NCBI RefSeq assembly: GCF_001194135.2 | Contig: NC_068982.1 | Span: 55,314,701-55,362,544 of the forward strand | DNA length: 47,844 bases | Reading direction: 5' to 3' | Source of the DNA: Octopus bimaculoides | Taxonomy: Eukaryota | Part shown: piece by piece, positions 11,040-23,548 of the stretch | How the letters are laid out: each line of letters starts with the position of its first letter | Position numbering within the stretch: the first letter of the stretch is position 1 | Notes under the pieces: model-generated | Database searches by the model: none | Told to the model about the DNA's origin: nothing | The model's input: only the letters and a program-made list of their open reading frames with translations | Program-made: the position numbers and the translations under genes

Positions 11040-11165
11040 TCAAATTTACAGAAAACAAAAGACGAAGACAAGTGAAGGAGCAACAAGCAGGTGTATTAGT
11101 TTAACGCTCGGGAAGAATGGAAAGATCTTTGATATTTCGAACCTACGCTCTTCGACAGAAAGGAT
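11040..11165 (-). mobile_element. Penelope pLTR-like repeat with hammerhead-like motif (11127-11162)
   Basis: Same repeat as 25262-25365 in the opposite orientation. Motif cuuu-CUGUCGA-A-GAGC-guag-GUUC-GAAA-UA-UC-aaag. Confidence 0.6.
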
Positions 11166-11625
11166 GAAGAGGGGGGAAAATGAAGAGAAAACGAAAAAAA
11201 AAAAAAAAGAACAGAAAGAGAAAAAAATATAAAGGAATTAACAGTTCAACTTGATAAAATGGCCGGAAATATGAGGAAATGAGAAGTCAAATTGACTTTA
11301 TAAATGTTTTCGTAAACGTACGGTATCATTTATACTATAGCTCATACAATGTTATACAATTCATACACTGTTATAGTAGTGCATGCCATAATATATGGAA
11401 TTATGTAATGATTATTCTATTGTCCATTCGCTTCCTCAGATGTCATGATTTGAAGGCATCATCGATGAAAATTTTCATTTGGTCGATCCCGAGGCAAAAC
11501 AAGATTTCGTTAATGTTTGTTTTCTTTTATGCTTAAATATCATTGAGTCAGTCTTTAATCCTATACGGCAGTTATAATCCGACAGCGAACAATTAACTCG
11601 TCCGTTTAAGTAAATATACTTTCAA

Positions 11626-11666
<41 letters not shown>

Positions 11667-12349
11667 NNNNNNNNNNNNNNNNNNNNNNNNNNNNNNNNNN
11701 NNNNATATATATTTAGAGACTTGGAAACAGCCTGCTTATGCAAGTGCAGTTAATCGAAAAATCCGCATAACGGGCGCCATTATGCTTCAGGTGTCTTCAG
11801 AAGAGAATGTGCACCGTTTCGGGGCCTTTCCTCTCAACAACTCTATAGAACTCCGCCCCACTGGATCGACAGACCAGTAATCGATCTTAAGCCCATTTCG
11901 GGGTCATCATCATCATTCTAACTGGGGGGCGGGTCATGCAGGTCTTACTTGCCACTTTAGGTGAGCAGGTATCCGTCTCTTAGCCACACATGACCTCTCC
12001 AACTAGGCTTCATCATCCTTTTCAACCATATTTAATGGTTGGCTTTCTCTCAACTGTTGAGTGGATTTCTTTCAAGATGGTGTTTATAACTTACTGCCAC
12101 ACAGAACTATAAAAAACACTATCAGCAGATCTTTCATCTATTCCTCTGCTGTTCATCATTTAGTTGTGATCTCTCAATGGTTACCCAATATGCTAGAAAA
12201 AGCAGCTAAATCTTTCTGAAATCATAGCCTCCACTGTCTTACTATCACACTGAATGATAAACCATACTATCTTTCGTCTATAGTTCTGATACCACAGCTT
12301 ACTGTGTTATCTTGTTATCTTACTATACGTTCAAATGTGCATATACAAT

Positions 12350-12753
12350 GTGGAGGCGTAATGGCCCAGTGGTTAGGGCAGCTGACTCGCGGTCGTAGGA
12401 TCGTGGTTTCGATTCTCAGACCGGGCGTTGTGAGTGTTTATTGAGCGAAAACACCGAAAGCTCTACGAGGCTCCGGCAGGGGATGGTGACGAACCCTGTT
12501 GTACTCTTCCACCACAACTTTCTCTCACTCTTACTTCCTGTTTTTGTTGTGCCTGTAATTCAAAGCGCCAGCCATGTCACACTGTGTCACGCTGATTACC
12601 CCCCCCCCCCCGAGAACTACGTTAAGGGTACACGTGTCTGTGGAGTGCTCAGCCACTTGCACGTTAATTTCACGAGCAGGCTGTTCCGTTGATCGGATCA
12701 ACTGGAACCCTCGACGTTGTAAGCGACGGAGTGCCAACAACAACAACAACAAC
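12350..12753 (+). mobile_element. SINE family A (full length)
   Basis: tRNA-like head, (AAC)n tail, 14-bp TSD gtgcatatacaatg (12337-12350 / 12754-12767). Confidence 0.93.
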
Positions 12754-12799
12754 GTGCATATACAATGCATCATGTTAACTGGATCAGCGAATGACAATA

Positions 12800-13310
12800 C
12801 TAAACAAACAAGAGAGTGACATCATAGAATTACTAAAACTGCGATGTTAAAAGATAACAACTTCACTACTTCAGTTCACTATGAAAATAACAGCGAATAC
12901 ATGGATACTGCTAATACTCAAGATGTTTCAGGTTATTCCTGAATATAAACATATTTGAAGAATTGATAGACGAAGATACAATCGTTCAACTACAAAAGTG
13001 ACAATAATTAATCCAGTTGAGAACTTAGAAACAACTCAGCCACAACGACTTATTTATGATGCATAAAAAGGATCTTTCAAGAGAAGTCTTCACATCAAAC
13101 TGTGAGTTCTCTGCATCAAAGTTATGATCCGTTGCAGTTTTTGTTAGTATTTCTATTTAGTGGCAGAGGATAGAGAATCGATATGAGAACTACAGAAAAG
13201 TTCATACAATATCACAAATGAACTGCTACAAATATACGCCCATTGCTTGTGAAGATTTCCCTGTCCATTACTACTAGACAATGTTTAGCTCAAGAAAAAT
13301 TGTGATACGC
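12800..13310 (+). mobile_element. Helitron Rep-region remnant
   Basis: 13099-13170 reads TVSSLHQSYDPLQFLLVFLFSGRG*, resembling the Helitron ISELHxSYDPLQYPLLFPxGxxGW motif. Confidence 0.6.
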
Positions 13311-13374
13311 ATTCCAAAATTTAAGAAACGGTTACATGCAGTGGATCAGATGCAATCAAAAAATAAATGTGTAT

Positions 13375-13375
<1 letters not shown>

Positions 13376-13467
<92 letters not shown>

Positions 13468-13498
13468 CGCGCGTGTACACGTGCGTGCGTGTGCGTGA

Positions 13499-13544
<46 letters not shown>

Positions 13545-13580
13545 CTGTGTGCGTGTGCGTGTGCGTGTGTGTATGTGTGT
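13376..13580. repeat. Long (TG)n / (TGCG)n microsatellite
   Basis: Read directly. Confidence 0.95.
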
Positions 13581-14782
13581 AGTATATGCGCATATTAATA
13601 TTTTTCCAAATGACGGCGTGTATCAGAAAACATAAGAGAAATTGAAAGTAAACTATAGCTTGTGCGTTTGTCGGCGGCGTGGATTAATTGATAAATATTT
13701 ACATCTATTATGTTACAAATTGGTGAAACTCCGATTAACAACATACCCCTTCAAGGGACTGTATTTGCGTATGTGAATGTATGAGTGTATGTGTGTATGT
13801 TTGTATGTATTTTTCGATATATGTATAAATATACATACATATACATACATGTGTGTGTGTGTGTGTTTTAGTATGCATGTGCATGTATAGATACATTTGT
13901 AGAGTAAGTGGAGTAAAGAAAGAGGAGGGGTGAATGTGTAAGGGTAACAACAATTGTGAGGGGGGACTCATAAAGAGAGAGAAAAAGAAAGACAGACTTA
14001 GACTTAGCGACGTTATGACAGGCAATAAGATTTATTTCTAGTAATTCCAGAGATTACATTAACTTCAGGCACTTTTTACGGTTGCTATGTTGATATATTC
14101 GTACGTGTACAAGTACGTGTGAAATATGCTTTCAATCCTTATTCGCGCCGGTGTATGTTACGTACACGCGTGAGCTGTCTGTTAAATAATGCGTGTGTTT
14201 CACCTTGCATGTATTCTAATTTGTGAGATTAAATGTTTTGGGTGCAAACATCCACAAGTACCGTTAACATAGATGAATCATGGAACAAGTAAAGGATAAA
14301 AGATATAGTAAAATATAAATTAGTATTCTATTTGATCCTTTGTATCACATTAAGCTGCATCTAGAAGAAGGACCTGGTTCGGGAGTTCCAAGGTTTTGAA
14401 GGGGATGGAACCATCTCTTACTCCCTATTGTTCCCAGATTTATTCTGATCTTGAGTAGAAACACCTATCATGGTCCCGGCTATGTGTTAATTAGCATGTT
14501 ATGGAAGAAACTCCAAGTACAATGCCTTATTATCTTGTGAGTGTCATATGAAAGGAAAAGGTTAAAGGAGTCAACGTCGACATCAAATCAAGGAGCAGAG
14601 TCCATTAAACGGTACGGTGCTCTCTTTGACACTCTTCCGACAACTACAGGGTAGGTGGTGATCTTTCCAGCCTTGTAAGGCTATTCACTTTAGAGAAGGT
14701 CACTTCAATATAAAACCTACAGCTTGCTAGTCACTGCAACCATCTTAACTCGCGGAGCCACTGTGATCAAAGAGTAAGTCTA

Positions 14783-14860
14783 AGGAATAAGGTAAAGGTA
14801 ACTTTACCTTCTCGAGTCATGTTGACTCATAAGAGCCGGTTTCCCAGTTTCGTTGCATAT
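14783..14860 (-). mobile_element. SINE 3' tail fragment (related to the tail at 40060-40134)
   Basis: Minus gaaactgggaaaccggctcttatgagtcaacatgactcgagaagg...cctttacc. Confidence 0.5.
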
Positions 14861-15070
14861 ATACGTATAGATGTACGTATGTACATACACGTATGTATAT
14901 ATGCATATNNNNNNNNNNNNNNNNNNNNNNNNNNNNNNNNNNNNNNNNNNNNNNNNNNNNNNNNNNNNNNNNNNNNNNNNNNNNNNNNNNNNNNNNNNNN
15001 NNNNNNNNNNNNNNNNNNNNNNNNNNNNNNNNNNNNNNNNNNNNNNNNNNNNNNNNNNNNNNNNNNNNNN

Positions 15071-16154
15071 GGCAACTAAGTTCCCACCGTTTTTTTAAAT
15101 TTTGGAATCTATTTTCTTTCGAGAATTCTATTTTTAAATCATTTTGGAATCTAATTTTTGTTTTTTTTTTCTAGTTAATTTTAGTTAACTTTTGTTTGTT
15201 TTCAGATCATTAAAACGGAATGTCAAGTTAAGAAAAACGAGCATTTTCGACACCTCCTTTTTGCTTTTAATCAAGGTTCTAAGGCCGCAAATCTACTCGC
15301 GACATTTCTGCTGTGCATGGAGAGGGTGCCATAGCTGAAAGAACCGCTCGTGATTGGTATACCAAGTTCAAAAATGGAAATTGTGACTTCAAAGACGCAC
15401 CTCGTTCTGGCCGTCCAGCTGCGTTCGATGAAGAGCGATTAAACCAATTTTGCACGAAAATTCTCGTCAAACGACATGGGAACTGGTAGAGAAAATGGAA
15501 TCCTCCCACACTGCTATAGAGAAGCATCTTCACTCGATGGGAAAGATTCAGAAGTATGGAGTATGGGTTCCGCATGCTTTAAGTGACAACAACAAAAATC
15601 AACGAGCCACAATCTCCGCTGGTTTGTTTGCTCGTCACCGTTCAACTCATGGACACAATCAACGATTTCTTTACCGAATCGTTACTGGCGACGAAAAATG
15701 GTGCCTGTACATCAATATGAAGCAGCGTAATGAATGTCTTAGCCCCGGTAAACAAGCGACAGCGCACGTGAAACAAGATCTTCATCCACGTAAAATGATG
15801 TTGTGCGTATGGTGGGACTGGGAAGGGATTATCCATTACGAATTGCTTGAAAGGAACCAAACGGCCAACGCGGAACTCCATGTTCAACAGATGGAACGAC
15901 TCAACAGGTCTGTTCAAGAGAAAAGACCTAATCGTTGGCATGGAGTTCGCACGACAACGCCCACCCTCATATAGCCAATATGACCAAGGAAGCCATTCAA
16001 ACGCATGACTGGGAAGTGCTGCCAGACCCGAAGTACTCTCCTGATTTGGCACCAACGGATTTCCACCTCTTTCGATCTATTTCAAATGCTATGCGTAGAG
16101 GTTCGTTCAATAATGATGTAGAATTGAGAACTTGATTGGATCAATTTTTCGAGT
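15071..16154 (+). mobile_element. Mariner (second family), defective, both ends cut by assembly gaps
   Basis: TIR part ggcaactaagttcccaccgtttt; motifs WVPHAL, VTGDEKW, HPRKMMLCVWWD, HDNA, YSPDLAPTD. The presumed start ATG appears mutated to ACG at 15215. Confidence 0.92.
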
Positions 16155-17924
16155 NNNNNNNNNNNNNNNNNNNNNNNNNNNNNNNNNNNNNNNNNNNNNN
16201 NNNNNNNNNNNNNNNNNNNNNNNNNNNNNNNNNNNNNNNNNNNNNNNNNNNNNNNNNNNNNNNNNNNNNNNNNNNNNNNNNNNNNNNNNNNNNNNNNNNN
16301 NNNNNNNNNNNNNNNNNNNNNNNNNNNNNNNNNNNNNNNNNNNNNNNNNNNNNNNNNNNNNNNNNNNNNNNNNNNNNNNNNNNNNNNNNNNNNNNNNNNN
16401 NNNNNNNNNNNNNNNNNNNNNNNNNNNNNNNNNNNNNNNNNNNNNNNNNNNNNNNNNNNNNNNNNNNNNNNNNNNNNNNNNNNNNNNNNNNNNNNNNNNN
16501 NNNNNNNNNNNNNNNNNNNNNNNNNNNNNNNNNNNNNNNNNNNNNNNNNNNNNNNNNNNNNNNNNNNNNNNNNNNNNNNNNNNNNNNNNNNNNNNNNNNN
16601 NNNNNNNNNNNNNNNNNNNNNNNNNNNNNNNNNNNNNNNNNNNNNNNNNNNNNNNNNNNNNNNNNNNNNNNNNNNNNNNNNNNNNNNNNNNNNNNNNNNN
16701 NNNNNNNNNNNNNNNNNNNNNNNNNNNNNNNNNNNNNNNNNNNNNNNNNNNNNNNNNNNNNNNNNNNNNNNNNNNNNNNNNNNNNNNNNNNNNNNNNNNN
16801 NNNNNNNNNNNNNNNNNNNNNNNNNNNNNNNNNNNNNNNNNNNNNNNNNNNNNNNNNNNNNNNNNNNNNNNNNNNNNNNNNNNNNNNNNNNNNNNNNNNN
16901 NNNNNNNNNNNNNNNNNNNNNNNNNNNNNNNNNNNNNNNNNNNNNNNNNNNNNNNNNNNNNNNNNNNNNNNNNNNNNNNNNNNNNNNNNNNNNNNNNNNN
17001 NNNNNNNNNNNNNNNNNNNNNNNNNNNNNNNNNNNNNNNNNNNNNNNNNNNNNNNNNNNNNNNNNNNCAGGGCAGCAAATAAGCAATATTTTAAAGTGCG
17101 TGATGCGATGCTTTGTGCCATCTCTTTTGGTTATGCTCGTCCTAAGTTCAAACTTCACCTCCTGCCATCAGGGAAAAAAAAAAGGGTCTTTCTAAATCCG
17201 CTAAAAATAGTTCCTGGTTTCGGAAGTCCTGATGCAAATATTCAAAAAATATATTAGCTAATAATTCTCCATGCTGGCAGAGAACGCCAGGAGTCTTTCA
17301 AGTGTTACGTACTCAACGAACAAACAATATGTACGCATGCATACGAGAATATATTCTTTAATTCGTTTCCTCCATGCAGCTGCAGTCATGCTGAAGCACC
17401 ACCGTGGAAACACACTCACAAACACGCACATATACACACACACATACGCATGTATGTATGTATGTATGTATGTATGTATGTATAAGTATATGTGTGTGTG
17501 TATGTATGTATGTGTGTGTATGTATGTATGTATGTATGTATGTATGTGTGTTTGTGTATGTACATTATTATGCGTTATATATGCATACGTATATGCATAC
17601 ATATACCGTCTTCAAGAAAGGTGCTCAATACATATTAGTAAAAGTTTGTTTATGCTTCTAAATTTAAATATAAATTAAACTTAAATTTGCATATTTTTGT
17701 AAAGCTGTGTATTAAAGGAGTTCTTTTTACAACAACGTGGTTCCAAGGATGACCCTATTACGACACACTGTGTTTAGGCGGGGGCGGTTATTTTTGTCTT
17801 TTTGTGTTTTTATTGCTGTTTTTTGTTCGTTTTTTTTTGTTTTTTTTTTTGGTGCTGTAGCCTCGTTTTCGTCAATATCTTGTGGGAGCGATTTGACAGA
17901 CGGAAATTGTGCAGAAACTCAAGA

Positions 17925-18310
17925 TATATCTAACCATCCATCTTCTCTGCCCACTATTTCTATGAAGGACGCGGGTGTAAAGTACTTAGGGTCTTCCTCT
18001 TCCATAGGGTTCTATCAGAAGCAACGGTCATTTGACTTCCGGGCTAGATTCCCAAGCGTGACCAACTAAGGCTATGAATATTATCCAACCATCTCCTTCT
18101 TAGGAGATGGTCTACTGCTAGGTCTGCTGCCGGTTGATTCGGTTTGAATAATCCGGCATGGAATTCTTTCCTGCGATATTCAAGTCAAATGTCCATAGTA
18201 CTGGAGCGCTAATCTTTAAATGCAGAGAAGTAGCTGCTCGGCTTGTGGAGTCTCTATTCTCCGAGCTACGCACCCTGTCGAGTGTATATGTGTTCGTGCC
18301 TCTATTTATG
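17925..18310 (-). mobile_element. RTE LINE 3' fragment
   Basis: Minus reads RRRWLDNIHSLSWSRLGI*PGSQMTVASDRTLWKR, followed by a gatggatgg tail. Homologous to 36860-37285. Confidence 0.7.
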
Positions 18311-18599
18311 TTTATTACGATATAAAATGTGCTCATCAGTTACTAATTTTATCGACCCCGAAAGTATGAAAGACAACGTTGGCCTCAGAGGAATTTAAAC
18401 TGTGTTGTGTTTATGTTGTAGCCATTTGTAACCCAGTTTGACAAATATTGATCAATAGCATCAATAATAAAATATTGAAATAGGGAGTCGATGAGATCGA
18501 CTAAAACTGTTATTGTAATGTTACAGCATGATCGCAGTAGAATCACTGGAAACGGCAAAAGAATAAACTAAGAAAGTGTCGGCAAAAGTTAGATCGATT

Positions 18600-18940
<341 letters not shown>

Positions 18941-19586
18941 TACAGATTTACGCATCTCAGTGCGTAAACATACATGCTGAAACAATGAAAGTTTTGCCCA
19001 AGAAAACACGAAGAAAATAAAACGAACTGTAACCGACGAAAACAAAACCAAAACCAAAACCAAATAACGGTTACCAAATAAAGGGAAATGAAAATAATAA
19101 AATCAATCTCTAGGGAATTCTCATTTGTTTTCTGATGAATAATATTCATTAGACCACTTGGCCACGATTGTGCGTTATCGTATTGTTTACCGGCAGATGT
19201 GCCTAATCTGTCCTCTAGTGTGTTGCTAGTTTGCTTAGTTCGTGCTTTCTGTGGCCCCCTTCAATCCATTCATACCCCCTCCAACTTGTTGAATAACCAA
19301 TTCTTCGGGTTATATAGTTTAAAGTTGACAGCGACTGTAATAAGCCAAAGTCAACAAGCTGTCTCTTTAGGATTCTAATCCTCGCGCAACGAATGGTAGT
19401 GGTGGTGATGGTGGTGGTGGGGAGGAGGATATTGTCCGGAAGTAAAATAATCTCCCAAAGTAATAAATATAAGATATGAAAGCCTGCGCGCGCGCGTACA
19501 TACACACACACAAACACACACAGACATACCCGCATATAAATATTTAATGTGTGGTGCAAGTCAGTATCTACACGTACACACACACG

Positions 19587-19649
<63 letters not shown>

Positions 19650-20041
19650 GTATATACATACTTATATTTATATATGTGGGTTTATGTATTTCTTTCAGCG
19701 TGTGTGTGTGTGTGTGTGTGTGTACAAGGACTATTTGTTACGTTTTGAGTAAAGCACAACGGGTTAAAGGTTTAAGACATATATATAATTGAGGATTAAA
19801 TACAGCGTCCTCGATAAATCCTTTTAATTTATATTTCTTAAACCCTTATTTAAACTAACATTGAATCTCCTGGAATATTTTCAGAATTAATTTCTTCGCC
19901 TTCCTTTATTTCCTTCCTCCTCTTTCAATCAATTCCAGTTACCTTTTTTTAGCGTCCTTTTTATATTTTTCTTCCCTATTCATTTCCCATTTTACATCCT
20001 TTTTACTGAAACAAGTAATATTTGTAAATTTACAAATGTTA

Positions 20042-20799
20042 CGAAGGCAGCGAGCCGGCAGAATCGTTAGCACACCGGGTAAAATGCTTAGCGGTATTTC
20101 GTCTGTCTTTATGTTCTGAGTTCAAATTCCGCCGAGATCGACTTTGCCTTTCATCCTTTCGGGCTCGATAAAATAAGTACCAGTTGCGTACTGGGTCAAC
20201 CTAATCGACTGGCCCTCTCCACTAAAACTTCGGGCCTTGTGCCTAGAGTAGAAAAGAATCGTTAGCACGCCTAGCAAAATACTAAGCGACATTTCGTCCG
20301 TCATTACATTCTGAGTTCAAATTTCTCCGAAGTCGATTTTGCCTTTTGCCCTTTCGGGGTCGATAACATAAACCCCGGTTGAGCACTGGGGTCGATGTAA
20401 TCGACAAGCCTCCTCTCCTGAAATTGTTTGCCAAATCGTTTGCATGCTGGACAAAATGCTTAACGGTTTTCGTCTGTCTTTACGTACTGAGTTCAAATTC
20501 CGCCGAGGTCGACTTTGCCTTTCATCCTTTCGGGGTCAACAAATTAAGTACCACTTGTGTACTGGGGGTCAATCTAATCGACAGGCCCCTCCCCCAAAAT
20601 TTCGGGCTTTGTACCTAGAGTAGAAAAGATCATTAGCACGGTGTTTAGAGGCATTTCTTTCGGTTTTGAACTTAAATTTCACCGAGGAATCATTTTATCA
20701 CTTGGGATCGATATAAAAAAAAACACCCATTGAAAACTGGGGTTGATGCAATCAATTTACAACAAAATTGCTGGCCTTGTACCAAAAATTGAAACCAAT
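20042..20799 (+). mobile_element. Head-to-tail tetramer of SINE family C
   Basis: Units start near 20042, 20257, 20433 and 20629; units 2-4 all begin at the aatcgttagcac motif. Confidence 0.85.
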
Positions 20800-20876
20800 A
20801 TTACTTAGTACCTGTGTATTTATGTGTATGTGTGTATGCGCGCCTGTTTGTATGTATTAGATCGATGTATGAATTA

Positions 20877-22132
20877 ATAGGTTGGCAACTAAGTTCCCGC
20901 CGTTTTTAAATTAACATTTTTTAAAAGGTTTAATAAAAAATAACTAATTAATGAATAATGTATTCAATCTTGTTGTTTACAACTTCTTCCCAACGTTCAA
21001 CAAGATTTTCAATACCTCGTTGGTAGAAATCACCCGATTTCGACAGGAAAAATTGATCCAACTAAGGTCTCAATTCTGCATCAGTATTGAACGAAACTCC
21101 GCGCACAGCATTTGAAAGAGATCGAAGGAAGTGGAAATCCATTGGTGCCAAATCAGGAGAGTACGGCGGGTGTGGCAGCACTTCCCAGCCATGCGTTTGA
21201 ATGGCTTCCTTGGTCATATTGGCGATATAAAAGGCAGGCGTTGTCATGCAGCAGAAGAACTCTATGCTGCCGATTAGGTCTTTTCTCATGAACAGACCTG
21301 TTGAGTCGTTTCATCTGTTGAACATAGAGTTCCGCGTTGACCGTTTGGTTCTGTTCAAGCAATTCGTAATGGATAATCCCTTCCCAGTCCCACCATACGC
21401 ATAACATCGTTTTGCGTGGATGAAGATTCTTGTTTCACGCGCAGTGTCGCTTGTTTACCGGGGCTAAGCCATTCCTTACGCTGCTTCATATTGATGTACA
21501 GGCACCATCTTTCGTCGCTAGTAACGATTCAGTAAAGAAATCGTTGATTGTGTCGAGAGTTGAACGGTGACGAGCAAACAAGCCAACAGAGATTGTGGCT
21601 CGTTGATTTTTGTTGTTGTCACTTAAAGCATACGAAACCCATGCTCCATACTTCTGAACCTTTCCCATCGAGTGGAGATGCTTTTCTATAGCAGTGTCGT
21701 TTGAGGAGATGTTTCGTGCAACAGTTGGTTTAATCGCTCTTCATCGAACTCAATTGGACGGCCAGAACGAGATGCGTCTTTGCGGTCAAAATTTCCATTT
21801 GTGAAATTGGCATACCAATCACAAGCGGTTCTTTCAGCTATGGCACACTCTCCATACACAGTACAAATGTCACGAGCAGCTTTTGCGGCCTTAGAACCTC
21901 GATTAAAAGCAAAGAGGAGGTGTCGAAAATGCTCGTTTTTCTTAACTTGACTTTACATTTTAATGATCTGAAAATAAACAAAAATTAACTAAAATTAACT
22001 AGAAAGAAAAAAACAAAATAGGTTCCATCATGATTCAAAAATAGAATTCTCGAAAAAAATAGATTCCAAAATTTAAAACGCAATAAATTCAAAAATTTTT
22101 TTTAAACGGTGCAAATTTAGTTGCCAACTCAA
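20877..22132 (-). mobile_element. Mariner (same family as 15071), full length 1256 bp, defective
   Basis: TIRs ataggttggcaactaagttcccgccgttt / aaacggtgcaaatttagttgccaactcaa with TA at both ends; transposase motifs on the minus strand. Confidence 0.93.
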
Positions 22133-22299
22133 TAGATCGATGGTACCTGTACCAGACCTTAAAGAAAATAAGGACTGAAGTCAATTTGCGCGACTAAACC
22201 CTTTAAGATAGTGCCCCAGCATGGTGTAGTACCGAACCTGAAATACGTATAGGATAAAATTTGCCACGCTTATAAGTGTAGGACAACTTATAATTTAAA

Positions 22300-22540
22300 T
22301 CGTTGTTATACAGAAGAATTTAGGCGAACGTTTGCAAGCAGTGAGTTTACAAAAGTCTTGCTATAGCACCAGGAGTGTCAAGAAGGAAGTGTCTTCTCTT
22401 GTTATTTTCAATGCTGTTCATAATACTGAGGTAGACATTCTAGTCATCAATCACTTGACGTTCGTCTTCATCCAAGGTTACAACACAATAGACGGTTTCC
22501 CGAAAGATTACATGTGTTAACACTAATTCATCAAGCTTGT
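22300..22540 (-). mobile_element. Helitron PIF1-like helicase remnant
   Basis: Minus reads VYLSIMNSIENNKRRHFLLDTPGAIA/KTFVNSLLANVR, a decayed FFLDAPGGTGKTF Walker A region. Confidence 0.62.
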
Positions 22541-22611
22541 CAAACGGTAGTGGGATAATCACAAACGCGCACGCACGCGCTCACCCACCCACAGAGCTTT
22601 ACCTCTATCAA

Positions 22612-22770
22612 TTATTTGTTTCAGTCATTAGACTGTGGTCATGCTGGGGCACCGCCTTAAAGAAATTTTAGTCGAACAAATTGACTTCAGCACTTTTTAA
22701 AGCCTGGTGCTTATTCTATCACACTTTTTTGCCGAACCACTAAGTTGCAGGGACATAAAACACACAAACG
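22612..22770 (-). mobile_element. SINE family B 3' part
   Basis: ttgtttcagtcattagactgtggtcatgctggggcacc...gccgaaccactaagtt. Confidence 0.8.
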
Positions 22771-23090
22771 CTGGTCCTTTTTATAAATATTGAATCTCGA
22801 AGCACGCAAAGCTACAAATGATAGCATGTAAATGTCCGATATGGTGATTTGGCTCAGTAGTAGAACGACTGTTAAGTGTATAGGAAACGTTCAAGTTCCA
22901 CGGGCAGACTTCGACATTTTGCATCTAAAACGCATTTTTCAACTCAATATTTGCTATCATATATATAGTGCTATGTGCTTCGAGATTCACTATTCGAAAA
23001 TAGAATTACTTCACATTTTCTCGAAAGACAATGAAATTCTTATTACGTCAACAATATACATACATACATACATACATACATACATACTTC

Positions 23091-23130
<40 letters not shown>

Positions 23131-23369
23131 NNNNNNNNNNATGCATATATATACATATATATATATATTATATATATATAATTATGTTATATGTATATGT
23201 ATATGTGTATATATATAATATATATATATGTATATACATACATATATATATACATATACATATGTACATATGCATATATATACATATATATATACATTAA
23301 TATATATATATACATATATATTCATATACATAAATATATATATATATATATATATACTGACACACACAT

Positions 23370-23399
<30 letters not shown>

Positions 23400-23400
<1 letters not shown>

Positions 23401-23548
23401 TGCACACACACACACACAAGCTTTACGTCTACAAAATTCACTCACGAGGCATTGCTTAACCTAGGGTCATAGTAGATATTTGCATAAGGTGCCGCTCAGT
23501 GAGACTGAACTCAGACCTGCGTGGTTGCAAAGCGAGCTTCTTAACCGC
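23400..23548 (-). mobile_element. SINE family B 5' part, after a long TA/CA microsatellite
   Basis: aaattcactcacgaggc...gcataaggtgccgctcagtgagactgaac...ttcttaaccgcac. Confidence 0.75.

Noticed and set aside
13321-13635. HT/CV/YI/LSIY-rich ORFs throughout the window
   Set aside because: Translations of microsatellites.
16082-17257. Long ORFs of 250-370 aa here and at 25.9-26.9, 27.5-28.5, 43.2-44.0 and 44.5-45.3 kb
   Set aside because: Artefacts of translating N-gaps.
17861-18069. Apparent terminal exon after a poly-T acceptor (ORF 17737-18069)
   Set aside because: Most of it is antisense to an RTE 3' fragment; no independent support.
19215-19400. Open minus-strand frame and TATA-like motif
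   Set aside because: No recognisable domain, the start lies in a microsatellite, and the splice signals are weak.
20042-20799. CRISPR-like or satellite interpretation of the tandem units
   Set aside because: Units are about 190-nt SINE copies with Pol III boxes and no repeat-spacer structure.
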